Below are positions 37,478 through 48,203 of a stretch of DNA of 64,000 nt, piece after piece. The notes below the pieces were generated by a model. The model was not told the DNA's origin. It saw only the letters and a list, made by a program, of their open reading frames with translations, and made no database searches. How positions within the stretch are numbered: the stretch's first letter is position 1; each line of letters begins with the position of its first letter. Made by a program: the position numbers and the translations under genes. The DNA comes from Candidatus Zixiibacteriota bacterium (GTDB lineage Bacteria > RBG-13-66-14 > B26-G2 > WVWN01): contig JASFLY010000001.1 in the NCBI GenBank assembly GCA_050117845.1, forward strand, positions 96,001 through 160,000. Direction: 5' to 3'.

Positions 37478-38260
37478 TTAGTCCTCGCGTATCTGAATCC
37501 GTTCAATCCCCCGGGCGAAGCCCGTCTGCTCGTCCACGTCCACTACGGCCGCACACAAAATGCCGGGGCCGTTAGCCGGCTTGAAACGAGCGGGCATCCG
37601 CGAAATGAAACGGCGTAGTACCGGAGCGGCGTCAGTGCCTATTACGCCGCCGGTGGGGCCGGTCATGCCTACGTCGGTGATGTACGCCGTTCCCTGCGGC
37701 AGGACCTGCGCGTCGGCGGTCTGGACGTGGGTGTGCGTGCCTATTAGCGCCGTGACGCGGCCGTCCAGGTGTCGGGCCATTGCCTCTTTCTCGGACGTGG
37801 CCTCGGCGTGGAAATCGATGAGGACCACGTCGGCCCGCCGGGAAACCACCTCGAGCGCGGCGTCGAGGGCCCTAAAAGGACAATCCACGGCGTCCATGAA
37901 TACCCGCCCCAGCGCGTTGATGACGGCGACGTTCACGCCCTCGGGCGTCTTGGCGACGAACCATCCCCGCCCCGGGACGCCCGGCGGGAAATTGACCGGC
38001 CGCACGAGCGCGGGCATCTCGTTCATCGCGCCCGCGGTCTCCCGGTTCGCGAAAATATGATTGCCGGAAGTCGCGACGTCGACGCCGGCGTCGATTACAC
38101 GTGATAAGGTATCCGGCGTGACGCCGGCGCCGCCGGCCACGTTCTCGACGTTGGCCACGACGAGCGACGTTTCGTACTCGGCCTTCAACTCCGCCGTCCG
38201 CTCTTCCACCAGCCGTCGGCCCGTCGAGCCTACGATATCACCGATAAACAGTATTTTCAT
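37478..38260 (-). CDS. ymdB: YmdB/TIGR00282 metallophosphoesterase
   Basis: GDIVG, N.EN.AGG, TSGNH, DFHAEATSEK, GTHTHVQT, TDVGMTG. Confidence 0.95.
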   Translation of the reverse strand: MKILFIGDIVGSTGRRLVEERTAELKAEYETSLVVANVENVAGGAGVTPDTLSRVIDAGVDVATSGNHIFANRETAGAMNEMPALVRPVNFPPGVPGRGWFVAKTPEGVNVAVINALGRVFMDAVDCPFRALDAALEVVSRRADVVLIDFHAEATSEKEAMARHLDGRVTALIGTHTHVQTADAQVLPQGTAYITDVGMTGPTGGVIGTDAAPVLRRFISRMPARFKPANGPGILCAAVVDVDEQTGFARGIERIQIRED

Positions 38261-38282
38261 AGGGTTTTTTCCTGGCGCGTTC

Positions 38283-38837
38283 TCAGCCGCCGGCGGCTTT
38301 GGTCTTCACTTCGGCCACGAGGTCCCGGAACCATTCCATCCGGTTGTACCGGGCGAGGTCGGGATCCTGGGCCGCTATCTCGACGAAGCCGGCGCTACTC
38401 AGCTCGAAGGCGTAACGGAGATACTCCCGACACTTCTCCTCGTCGCCCTGTTCGGCGCAAAAACAAGCGAAATTGTAGTAAACCCGGAAATCGTCGGGGG
38501 CCAACTCGAGCGCCCGCTGGTAATCCACGACGGCGCCTTTGACGTCTCCCATGCGGCGCCGACAGAGGGCCCGGGCGGTGTACGCCGTCCCGTAGTGGTC
38601 ATCCAACGCGATCGCTTTCTCGGCCAAACGCTGCCCCGCCGCCGGGTCTCCCAATTGCGCCATGCACATCGCCTTGGCGACGTAGGCCCTAACCAGGCCG
38701 GGGTCCATCTCGAGCGCTTCGTCGAAGAAGACGAGCGCCTTTTCGAAGTGGCCGCGAAAGAATAACTCCACGCCTTGTTGCACGAGCGTCCCGGCCCGAC
38801 GGCGCCGCTCGACGTGGGGTATTTGTTGTTCCACCAT
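38283..38837 (-). CDS. Small TPR protein (paralog of 35071..35604)
   Basis: DFRVYYNFAC..AE.GDEEKCR...DPDLARY...WFRDL. Confidence 0.85.
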   Translation of the reverse strand: MVEQQIPHVERRRRAGTLVQQGVELFFRGHFEKALVFFDEALEMDPGLVRAYVAKAMCMAQLGDPAAGQRLAEKAIALDDHYGTAYTARALCRRRMGDVKGAVVDYQRALELAPDDFRVYYNFACFCAEQGDEEKCREYLRYAFELSSAGFVEIAAQDPDLARYNRMEWFRDLVAEVKTKAAGG

Positions 38838-39031
38838 AGCGCTCCCCGTTTATAACATATCGGGCCCCGGTTTCAAAACGAATTCCCACAACCGGGGGGC
38901 CCGCTGTCACGAGTTGGACTCGTCCGGCCTAATTCGAACCTTTTTGACCCGTCCCGCCGGGTTGACTGGGCCTTGGCCGCTGTTACAAATAGACAGCCAA
39001 GTACGAAACCAGTCACGGCCGAGTTCCGATC

Positions 39032-40201
39032 ATGAAAATAATTACATTCAAACGTCAGATAGAAATCGCCGGGTCGACGGTCAAGGCCGGGGAACCGGTT
39101 CTTCTACCGGACGGCACGGCCGCCAGGTTAACGGCCGACTACTTCGACCTCGTCGATATCACTCCGGTCGATTCGTATTACAACAGGTACGCAGGTCAAG
39201 CGTTGGACGGCCGGTCACTCCTGCTAGTCCGTAACGGCGGCTTCGGCGACTTGCTCTTCCTCACCCCGCTTTTCCGTTATCTGGACGAGAAATACCGTAA
39301 CGCGAATCTCGCGGTCGTTTGCGGCCGACGGTACCACGCAACGTTACTCCATAACCGCAACATAAGGCGGATATATTCCTACCCGGTTAAGCTCTCCGAT
39401 TTCGTTTCGTACGATTACCACCTCTTCTTTGAGGGAACGCTGGAGACAAGCACAGACCCTGATTACCACGCCGTGGACCTTATGGCCGGCCACGCCGGCG
39501 TAACCGACGTCGGCGACCGCCGCCTCGTCTTCAAGGCCGAACCGGCACTCGTTCGGAAGGCCGGGAACATCCTGCGCCACGACCTCGGCGTTAAGTCGGA
39601 CGACACGAAAGTGGCCCTTCACATCCGCGCTTCGTCCCCGGTAAGAACTTACCCCCTCGAACACAGCCTTACCGTCGCGGCCGCTCTGGGTGCCGCCGGC
39701 GCCCGCGTTTTTCTTTTGGGAGCCCCCGGCGACTGGGCGAAAACCGTCGGCCGCAAACTCCCGGCGTCTATAGAAATCGAGAACGTCGACAACCTCTGCG
39801 GCCGCTTCCGCACCATAAGCCATACCGCGGCTTTCCTTTCCAAGATGGACCTGCTTATTGGCCCTGACTCGTCACTCGTGCATTTCGCCGGGGCGCTCGG
39901 CATCCCGACTGTCGCTCTCTACGGCCCCTTCCCCGGCACCGTACGAACGCGGTACTATCCCCGGTGCGTAACGTTGGAGGGACGTTCCGCCCGGGGGCCG
40001 GGGGACGAGGAATGCGCGCCCTGCTTCGTCCACGGCTCTCGTCCTTGCCCTAAAGCGGGAGAGGATGGCGTGAGCCCGTGTCTTCGCAACATTGAGCCGG
40101 AGGAAGTCATCCGCACAGCCTTAGCCGTATTGGTCGGAGGGAGGGGGAAAAACAATACGAACGCGAAGCGAATGCCCGCTATGTCGTGCGCCGGCAGATG
40201 A
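39032..40201 (+). CDS. Glycosyltransferase family 9 protein
   Basis: RNGGFGDLLF, DLLIGPDSSLVHFAGALGIPTVALYGP, Cys-rich CAPC...C...C tail. Confidence 0.88.
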   Translation: MKIITFKRQIEIAGSTVKAGEPVLLPDGTAARLTADYFDLVDITPVDSYYNRYAGQALDGRSLLLVRNGGFGDLLFLTPLFRYLDEKYRNANLAVVCGRRYHATLLHNRNIRRIYSYPVKLSDFVSYDYHLFFEGTLETSTDPDYHAVDLMAGHAGVTDVGDRRLVFKAEPALVRKAGNILRHDLGVKSDDTKVALHIRASSPVRTYPLEHSLTVAAALGAAGARVFLLGAPGDWAKTVGRKLPASIEIENVDNLCGRFRTISHTAAFLSKMDLLIGPDSSLVHFAGALGIPTVALYGPFPGTVRTRYYPRCVTLEGRSARGPGDEECAPCFVHGSRPCPKAGEDGVSPCLRNIEPEEVIRTALAVLVGGRGKNNTNAKRMPAMSCAGR

Positions 40202-40907
40202 AGCCCGGCCGTACATACTGACCCGCAACGGGTACAACCTCTATCAATGCCCCCGGTGCAGCCTTATTTTCGGGCGGGGAATCCTGGATGAAGACCGTAT
40301 CTATAGTATTTACGACGAGGCGTACGCGTGCCGGTACGAACAACCCAAGCTAGTAGAACAGAACCGGCGGTACGCCGACCGGTTCTTCGGGGACCGGCCC
40401 CGTGGCCGATTGCTCGAAGTCGGTTGCGGCACCGGCCAATTCCTGCGCCGCCTAAACGAACTCGGCTTCGAAACTTACGGCGCCGAAGTGAGCCCCGCGT
40501 TGGCCTCGTACGCCCGCGACCTGACCGTCCACGTCGGCCCGTTCGAGAAGATGCCATCGATATGGCGGCCGGCGTGGTTCGACTACGTCGTTACGTTTCA
40601 CATCCTCGAACACCTCGTCGAGCCCGTCCCGGCCGTCGTGAAAATCGCCCGGCTCCTCAAACCGGGCGGCATGTGGTTCAATTATATGCCGAACGTACGG
40701 GCGCGACACAACCAACCACCCAATCCAAAATGGTATCATTTCAATCCGGGCAACCCGGAAGAGCATATAAACTTTTTCGATTCCGACACGATTAGGTTAT
40801 TGGCGGAAAAGGCCGGCCTCGAAGTATACGCGGAGGGAGCCGAGAACGACGACTTCTGGATCGAGGCCCGGCCTACCGCCGCCGTGCCGTCAGGGGTTGC
40901 CGCCTGA
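40155..40907 (+). CDS. Class I SAM-dependent methyltransferase with N-terminal CxxC pair; start uncertain
   Basis: LLEVGCGTG, FDYV..FHILEH, LLKPGG; in-frame upstream CPLC...CPRC without canonical start codon. Confidence 0.82.
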   Translation: MRTRSECPLCRAPADEARPYILTRNGYNLYQCPRCSLIFGRGILDEDRIYSIYDEAYACRYEQPKLVEQNRRYADRFFGDRPRGRLLEVGCGTGQFLRRLNELGFETYGAEVSPALASYARDLTVHVGPFEKMPSIWRPAWFDYVVTFHILEHLVEPVPAVVKIARLLKPGGMWFNYMPNVRARHNQPPNPKWYHFNPGNPEEHINFFDSDTIRLLAEKAGLEVYAEGAENDDFWIEARPTAAVPSGVAA

Positions 40908-41048
40908 CGGCGGGGTATTGTACGGAAGCCATTAGTGCCCGTATCCTCGGGCCGACCTGAAGGTCGGCCCCTACATAAAAGATACCGGCCGCCTAAGCGG
41001 CCGGTATTTTACAAGCGAAGCGTTAACCGCCGGTTTTAACCGGCGGTT
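40886..41048. repeat. REP/BIME-like palindrome cluster 4
   Basis: A (overlapping methyltransferase stop), E, C, D. Confidence 0.85.
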
Positions 41049-41064
41049 GTTTCTATAGCGAGCC

Positions 41065-42642
41065 TTACTTGGCGTATTCCACGGCGCGGGTCTCGCGGAT
41101 AACGACGACCTTTATCTTGCCGGGGTACTCCAACTCTTTCTCTATCGTTTCGGCGATGCGCCGGGCGAGGTCCTCGGCGTCGGTATCGGAGACGCGCTCC
41201 TGTTCGACGACGATGCGCACTTCCCGGCCGGCCTGGATGGCGTACGCCTTGGCCACGCCGGAGAAGGAGTCCGCGAGTTCCTCGAGTTTGGTGATGCGTT
41301 TTATGTAGGACTCCAACGATTCGCGGCGGGCTCCCGGCCGGGCGGCGCTTATGGCGTCCGCGGCGGCGACGAGTACCGCTTCTACGTTGGAGGGTTCGGT
41401 TTTGCCGTGGTGGGCTTCGCAGGCGTTGACTATCTCCGGGGCCTCGCCGAAGCGCCGCAGGAGGTCCGCGCCTATTTGGGGGTGCGTGCCCTCGACCTCG
41501 TGGTCGACGGCCTTGCCGATGTCGTGGAGGAGGCCGGCGCGGCGGGCCCGGTCGGCGGGCAGGCCGAGCTCGTTGGCCATAATCCCGGCGATGTAGGCCA
41601 CTTCCTTGGAGTGGCGGAGGACGTTCTGGCCGTAGGAGGTCCGGTACCGCAAGCGCCCGAGGGTGCGTACGAGTTCCGGGTCCATCTCGTTGAGGTTGAG
41701 CTCGAGGATGGTCTCCTCGCCCACCTCGGCGAGTTCGCGTTCGAGTTCCTCGCGGATTTTATCGACTATCTCCTCGATCCGCCCCGGATGGATGCGGCCG
41801 TCTACGATAAGGCGCTCGAGCGCCCGTTTGGCCACCTCGCGCCGTATCGGGTCGAACGAGGACACGATGACCGCTTCGGGCGTATCGTCGACGATAAGGT
41901 CGACGCCCGTGGCGGCCTCTATGGCCCGGATGTTTCGGCCTTCGCGGCCTATTATCCGGCCTTTCATTTCGTCGTTGGGGAGTTCCACCACCGAGACGGT
42001 ACTCTCGGCCACGTGGTCGGACGCGCAACGTTGAATAGCGAGGCTAATAATTTCCCGGGCCAACCTGTCGCCCTCGGCGACGGCCCGGTCTTTTATTTCC
42101 TTGATGGTGCGGGCGGCGTCTCGCGAGGCGTCGGCGACCAGGTTCTTCATCAGAATCTCCTTGGCCTCCGCCGCCGACATCCCGGACACCCGCTCGAGCA
42201 TACGGTTCTGCTCTTCGGTTTTCCGGGCCAACGCCTCTTCCTTGGTCTTCAGCGCGCCGTCGCGACGATCGAGACCCTTTTCCCGGTTGCCCAGCTGTTG
42301 CTCTTTTTTATCGAAGCTATCACTGCGGCGTTCGAGCGATTCCTCTTTCTGGCGTAATCGATTTTCGAGGTTTTTAAGGTCCCGGTGTCGCTGTTCGGTT
42401 TCTCTTTCTGCTTCCTCCTTGAGCTTGAAGATATCGTCTTTGGCCTGCAGTAGCGCCGACGTCTTTTTATTCTCGGCTTCTCTCTCTGCTTCCTCCGTGA
42501 TCTTGGCGGCGATGGTCTCCGCGGTTTTAATTTTAGACTCGGCGACGCGCCGCCGGGCTATATACCCGAACCAGAAGAATATGGCTCCGGCAGCGACGAT
42601 CACCCCCAGGAGTAGGAGAAGGGTTTGAACGGGTGTGAACAT
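41065..42642 (-). CDS. rny: Ribonuclease Y
   Basis: ATG 42642 after GGAGG; TM, coiled coil, [15 protein letters not shown] domain, [10 protein letters not shown] domain. Confidence 0.97.
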   Translation of the reverse strand: MFTPVQTLLLLLGVIVAAGAIFFWFGYIARRRVAESKIKTAETIAAKITEEAEREAENKKTSALLQAKDDIFKLKEEAERETEQRHRDLKNLENRLRQKEESLERRSDSFDKKEQQLGNREKGLDRRDGALKTKEEALARKTEEQNRMLERVSGMSAAEAKEILMKNLVADASRDAARTIKEIKDRAVAEGDRLAREIISLAIQRCASDHVAESTVSVVELPNDEMKGRIIGREGRNIRAIEAATGVDLIVDDTPEAVIVSSFDPIRREVAKRALERLIVDGRIHPGRIEEIVDKIREELERELAEVGEETILELNLNEMDPELVRTLGRLRYRTSYGQNVLRHSKEVAYIAGIMANELGLPADRARRAGLLHDIGKAVDHEVEGTHPQIGADLLRRFGEAPEIVNACEAHHGKTEPSNVEAVLVAAADAISAARPGARRESLESYIKRITKLEELADSFSGVAKAYAIQAGREVRIVVEQERVSDTDAEDLARRIAETIEKELEYPGKIKVVVIRETRAVEYAK

Positions 42643-42691
42643 ATGAACCTCCCCGCGCGAAAACGGGAGGGCGGGCCGGGCGTAATAACCG

Positions 42692-42914
42692 GAAATCGGC
42701 CGAGGTACGCGCCGGGGCGCTGCCATAGCATCGGCGGCCGGAAGGCGCGTATGGTTTAATGGTTTTTTCTTTCCGGTTTCTCATGGTAATCAGGTGCGGA
42801 GGTATTTCTACCTTGCCGTTGACACCCGGGCCATTACGGTCCTGAGACACCGCTCCCCCTCGGGCGGGCCTTTCCCGTATCGCAACGTATATATTAAGGC
42901 CTATCGACCGAATC
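42692..42914 (-). ncRNA. ssrS: Probable 6S RNA
   Basis: Nested complementary segments form a ~220-nt rod with an A-rich internal bubble and AGGTA-gaaa-TACCT tip; promoter directly upstream; lies before rny. Confidence 0.55.
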
Positions 42915-42920
42915 ACAATT

Positions 42921-42948
42921 ATTATAAAATAAAAACGCCGCTTATCAA
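42921..42948 (-). promoter_or_regulatory. Sigma70-type promoter for candidate 6S/rny
   Basis: TTGATA-N16-TATAAT. Confidence 0.7.
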
Positions 42949-42997
42949 GGGAAAAATCCCCTTTTTAGCGGCGAACGTCTTTATTATCAGTGGTTAA

Positions 42998-43564
42998 CTA
43001 ACGCGGCTTAAAGCCGCCTGTTAGCTCCGTGAACCAATCGTCCTCTTTATAATTACCAAAAACGGCCTCGTCTTCGCCGCACGCCCGGCCCCTAAGGCCG
43101 CCGGCGAGTTCGAACGCCCGCGTCAGCCGCTCCCGGCACCGGTCCTCCTGGTCCAAACGGGCCCAGCAGTACGCGGCGACGTAATTCGATATCGGGCAAG
43201 ACGGCGCCAGCGCCACGGCGTATTCGCAATCGATAATCGCTTCCGATAATTCCCCGCGCCGGGCCAGGGCTATCCCCCGCGCGGCGAAACTGAGGCCCGC
43301 GGCCACGTCGGAACACATCGCTTCCCCGGCCGCGAGTAGCGCCTCGTCCACACGTCCCTGGTAGGTGAGGACGATGCTTTTAAGAGCCAGCGCCCGCGGG
43401 TGGCCGGGGTTGATGTGCAGCGCCCCGTCGCACGCGGCTCCGGCTCCGTCGAGGTCGCCGCCGAGGAAAAGCTGGTAACTCCGCCCTATAAGGGCCTCGG
43501 CGTACGGCCGGGCGAACCAGCTGTCAAGCCGTCCTGTCTCCGTGTTAGTTTGCATTACTCTCAT
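42998..43564 (-). CDS. Small TPR protein (third, more divergent paralog)
   Basis: TPRs and Y.AAYCWA....EDRCR..L..AFEL...WF.EL. Confidence 0.8.
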   Translation of the reverse strand: MRVMQTNTETGRLDSWFARPYAEALIGRSYQLFLGGDLDGAGAACDGALHINPGHPRALALKSIVLTYQGRVDEALLAAGEAMCSDVAAGLSFAARGIALARRGELSEAIIDCEYAVALAPSCPISNYVAAYCWARLDQEDRCRERLTRAFELAGGLRGRACGEDEAVFGNYKEDDWFTELTGGFKPR

Positions 43565-43593
43565 CGATTCCTGTTCTTATACGATTTAAAATA

Positions 43594-43622
43594 AGCTTAA
43601 GTTACCGGGCGTCACATGTCAA
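43594..43622 (-). promoter_or_regulatory. Sigma70-type promoter for 42998..43564
   Basis: TTGACA-N17-TAAGCT. Confidence 0.6.
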
Positions 43623-43623
43623 T

Positions 43624-43647
43624 AAAAAAAGCGCACCCCCGGCGCGC
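43624..43647 (-). terminator. Terminator after PorV-like gene
   Basis: GCGCGCC-ggg-GGTGCGC followed by T7 on minus strand. Confidence 0.65.
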
Positions 43648-43674
43648 CCCCCCCTAAACGACCCTCCCCGACTC

Positions 43675-44607
43675 CTACCAACCGATGCACGCGGTCGCTA
43701 CGTACGAATCCCCCAGGTCGGCGTGAGGCCGCCAACACACGTCGAAGCGGTACTTCCCGGCCATAACGCCCAACCCGGCCGAGGGCATCTCCTCCGGGTA
43801 ACGATACCCGGCGCGGAGCGCCACGGCCTTCGCTATCGTGGCCTCGGCGCCCGCCGCCGCCCCCACGTCGCCGTCCTTACGGACCTGCCCCTCGGCGGTC
43901 GCGAGGAACCCCGGCGCGAACTCAATAGCCGCACCCACCCGGGCCGTGGCCGGATACACGTCGCGCACGTCCTTGAGCTCGATATTGGGGGCCACGAGGT
44001 TGGCCAGGCCGATGCCCACGCGGGCCGCCGGCAACGGCCGGAGGAGTATGCCGGCGTCGACGCCGAAACCGCCGTCCTGATATTCGTGCACCTTCGTCGA
44101 TATTATCTTGACGGCGATACCCAGGTTGTACCGGGCCTGTTCGCCCGCGACGACGTTTCCGCCCAATCCCTTGCCCCAACCGAGCATCAATGAAGTTTCG
44201 TAGTCGGAGAAGGTCCTCCCCGTCAATCCCAGGCCGGTGGCTTCCGGAATGCCGGAGGCCTTGAAGTAGTTGACGCCGGCGGCGAAGGTCCCGAGCGCAA
44301 ACCCCCGGCCGGACATATTATACGATAACGCGCCCGCCGCGTAGGAGATATCCTTCATGTCCGCGAACGGGTAATGATACGTGAGTTCGACGTTCCCCCC
44401 GGGAATCTGGTCCAACCCCGCCGGGTTAAAGAACAGCGCCGCCGGGTCGTCCGCGACCGCGGCGAAGGCGTTGCCCATGGCCGCGGGCCGGGCGCCCGCG
44501 CCGAAACTCTGCCAGGCGCCGGCGTATCCGCTGCCGGAGGCCGCGAGCGCCGGAACCGCCGTAAATACGATTGCCGTTATCAGTAAGGACGCTGTCGCCG
44601 AACGCAT
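43675..44607 (-). CDS. PorV/PorQ-like outer-membrane beta-barrel
   Basis: Signal peptide; GARPAAMGNAF.AVADD..A.F.NPAGL; D.G, LRAGY, LG; terminal Trp. Confidence 0.8.
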   Translation of the reverse strand: MRSATASLLITAIVFTAVPALAASGSGYAGAWQSFGAGARPAAMGNAFAAVADDPAALFFNPAGLDQIPGGNVELTYHYPFADMKDISYAAGALSYNMSGRGFALGTFAAGVNYFKASGIPEATGLGLTGRTFSDYETSLMLGWGKGLGGNVVAGEQARYNLGIAVKIISTKVHEYQDGGFGVDAGILLRPLPAARVGIGLANLVAPNIELKDVRDVYPATARVGAAIEFAPGFLATAEGQVRKDGDVGAAAGAEATIAKAVALRAGYRYPEEMPSAGLGVMAGKYRFDVCWRPHADLGDSYVATACIGW

Positions 44608-44637
44608 ACGCGCTACCCTTCCGAATGTCGTTTTTCC

Positions 44638-45037
44638 TTAAAAACCCAGTTTCTCGGCCCACGAGGCCGGGATCCTGACGGGCCGGCCGTCCCGCCCCCG
44701 GGCCGCGTGCACCGTGTACCCCTCGGCCAGAACCTCGTCTCCGCGCCGGACGACGTAGTCGAAGCGGACGCGGGCCCGGCCGGCGTCGCCGACGTACGTC
44801 TCGACCGTCAGCTCGTCCTCGAAGTGCGCCGGCGCGAGATACTTGCAGTGGGCCTCGGCCACCGGCATGAAAACCCCCGCGGCCTCCATCTCCGAGTACG
44901 GTATCCCCTTGTGCCTCAGGTACGAGACGCGGCCGTCCTCGAAGTACGCCAGGTAGTTGCCGTAATACACCACGCCCATGGCGTCGGTCTCGGCGTAGCG
45001 AACGCGAATGGGGACCGCGACGCTCCCTGGCGGCGGC

Positions 45038-45048
<11 letters not shown>
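44638..45048 (-). CDS. Acyl-CoA thioesterase (YbgC/FadM hotdog family)
   Basis: RVRYAETDAMGVVYYGNYL.YFE.GR. Confidence 0.92.
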
Positions 45049-46024
<976 letters not shown>

Positions 46025-46037
46025 AGTAATAACCGAT

Positions 46038-46880
46038 TTAAAACGCGCCGACGTACGTCAGATACAGCACGCGGTTATAGGCGCCTTCGTTTCCGAGTTT
46101 ATCGAGCTGGTTCTCGAGCAGGTTCGTGGCCCAGAATTCCAGGTTGAAGTTATCGGTCACGCGCCACCTCACGCCGGCCCCCAGGTAGCCGTAACCCATT
46201 CCGAGCGAGTCGGACGAATCGTCGTTGAGACCCATGTCGTAGGTGCCGAGTAAGGCCAGGTAGGGCCCGATGCCCTTCTCGATGGACGCGAAGACGTCCG
46301 GGTCGCCGTCGTCCTTGTCCTCGACGACGTTATACGAGACGCCGGCGTGAAGGCCCAAAGCGCCCAGAACGTCAATTTCCTGCGACAGGACCAGATAAAA
46401 CCCCTTGGCCTTGAACTGGTAGCGGTCGTAGTCGACCTGACGCTGTTGGGTTCTCTCGATGTAGGGGTCGAAGTCGTAATACTTGCCGTGGCCCTGGTCG
46501 TCGTAGCCGACGGCCACCGCCGGCATTATCGGCCCGCCGTTGGTGATGCGGAACTTCGCCTGGAAGCCCGGCCTGGGGTTCATGGTGGGCTCGACGTTGC
46601 CGAAGACGTCGGCGCCGCCGTACGACACCCCCACCGTGATGTAGTCGAAAATGCCGAGTTCGCCCCGAACGACGAACGGCTCCACGCCGATACTGGCCGC
46701 GTACTCGCCCCGGAAACGGGACCAGGCGGAAGGATTTTCCATCACGTACGTCTCACCCTCGGGGACGAAGTCCTCCTGGGCGAACGACACCCCGGCCAAT
46801 ATAAGTACCGCGAGAAGCGCCGCCCCGGCGAGACGCCGGAGCGAGGCCGTTTTGGTTCCGCTTGGAAACGCGTACGTCAT
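46038..46880 (-). CDS. Outer-membrane protein, YjbH-like
   Basis: Signal peptide, amphipathic beta strands, PAVAVGYDDQG, terminal Phe. Confidence 0.6.
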   Translation of the reverse strand: MTYAFPSGTKTASLRRLAGAALLAVLILAGVSFAQEDFVPEGETYVMENPSAWSRFRGEYAASIGVEPFVVRGELGIFDYITVGVSYGGADVFGNVEPTMNPRPGFQAKFRITNGGPIMPAVAVGYDDQGHGKYYDFDPYIERTQQRQVDYDRYQFKAKGFYLVLSQEIDVLGALGLHAGVSYNVVEDKDDGDPDVFASIEKGIGPYLALLGTYDMGLNDDSSDSLGMGYGYLGAGVRWRVTDNFNLEFWATNLLENQLDKLGNEGAYNRVLYLTYVGAF

Positions 46881-46933
46881 ATTAGTTTCTCCCCGGATAG
46901 CTTGTAGACTAATAACCTACCGTCGCCCGGGAG

Positions 46934-48169
46934 TCAAGCCAAATCCTTGCCCTCGGCCCGGCCTTCGGTATTTACGGTAAGGCGCACCTGTTTGATGCGC
47001 CGGGCGTCGGCAGCGGTAACGTAGAAATCCATATCCTCGTACGGCACCCGCTCCCCCGCCTGGGGCACTCTCCCGCAGAGCGAGGAAATGAAACCGCCCA
47101 CGGTCTCGATGTCCTCCTCGGGAATGGCGGTCCCGGTCTGTTCATTAAGCTCGCCGATGTCCATACGGCCCGCGACCAGCCAAATATTATCGCCGATTCT
47201 CTCCAGCAGTTTGACCTCGGCGTCGTACTCGTCGTGGATCTCGCCGACTATCTCCTCCAGAACGTCTTCGAGGGTAATCAGGCCCGCGGTTCCGCCGTAC
47301 TCGTCGACGACGATGGCGAATTGGGCTTTGGCGTCACGGAATTCCTGCAGGAGCTCGTTTACCTTTTTCGATTCGGGAACGTAGAACGGCTCGCGCAGGA
47401 CCGAACGCAGGTCGGCGCCCGTGGCTTCGAGCGTGAAAATATCCTTGGCGTGTAATATACCCAGGACGTTGTCGGGCGATTCGTCCACGACCGGGATACG
47501 CGAAAACCCCTTGGCTATGACCGCCTCTTTTATTTCCTCCAGCGGGTCGCTCACGTCGGCGGTGACCATCTCCACCCGGGGCACCATGACCTCCCGGGCG
47601 ACGGTTTCGCGGATGCTTATAATGCCGTTAATCATATCCCGCTCGTCCTCGGCCAGCCGGCCGCCGTTCACCGCTCCGGCCGTCTCTATCTCGGCCGAGG
47701 GCGACACCGCCGCCGGGTCCACGCCGGCTCGCGTTATCCTGGAAATGCCGAGAGCGATAATCCTGGCTACCCAAATTATGGGAAAGAGAACCAGGTAAAC
47801 GAACCTGGCCGCGGGCCGAACGAAGTAGCCGATGAGCTTTACGACACTTCCCGGCAGGACGGCCCGGGCCACCGCCCGGACAAGGTAGAGGGCGACGGCG
47901 CACAAAAGCCAGGCCACTACCAGCGGTAAGGCCGGCACGTAGTACGCCATGAACGACGCCGCCACGAAAGAAACGGCTATTAGAAGAAATACCTCGACGA
48001 AAAAGAGCGCGTTGAGTATGGCGACCGGGACTGCCGGTTTACCGGCGCCGTCGCGGGCCGGCGTGCGGCTGGAGTAAGAGCTCGCGACCAACGCCGACCT
48101 CACGACGACGAAGACGCCGTAGGCCGCGGCCATCCCGATAACGGCCGTTAATGATGGAGGTTCGTCCAA
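46934..48169 (-). CDS. Hemolysin-family CBS/CorC membrane protein
   Basis: TMs; AREVMVPR, FSRIPV, VVDEYGGTAGL.TLED..EEIVGEI.DE.D; CorC C-terminus. Confidence 0.92.
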   Translation of the reverse strand: MDEPPSLTAVIGMAAAYGVFVVVRSALVASSYSSRTPARDGAGKPAVPVAILNALFFVEVFLLIAVSFVAASFMAYYVPALPLVVAWLLCAVALYLVRAVARAVLPGSVVKLIGYFVRPAARFVYLVLFPIIWVARIIALGISRITRAGVDPAAVSPSAEIETAGAVNGGRLAEDERDMINGIISIRETVAREVMVPRVEMVTADVSDPLEEIKEAVIAKGFSRIPVVDESPDNVLGILHAKDIFTLEATGADLRSVLREPFYVPESKKVNELLQEFRDAKAQFAIVVDEYGGTAGLITLEDVLEEIVGEIHDEYDAEVKLLERIGDNIWLVAGRMDIGELNEQTGTAIPEEDIETVGGFISSLCGRVPQAGERVPYEDMDFYVTAADARRIKQVRLTVNTEGRAEGKDLA

Positions 48170-48203
48170 TTATATCATCCTCGCTTATACGTAATTAATT
48201 AAC

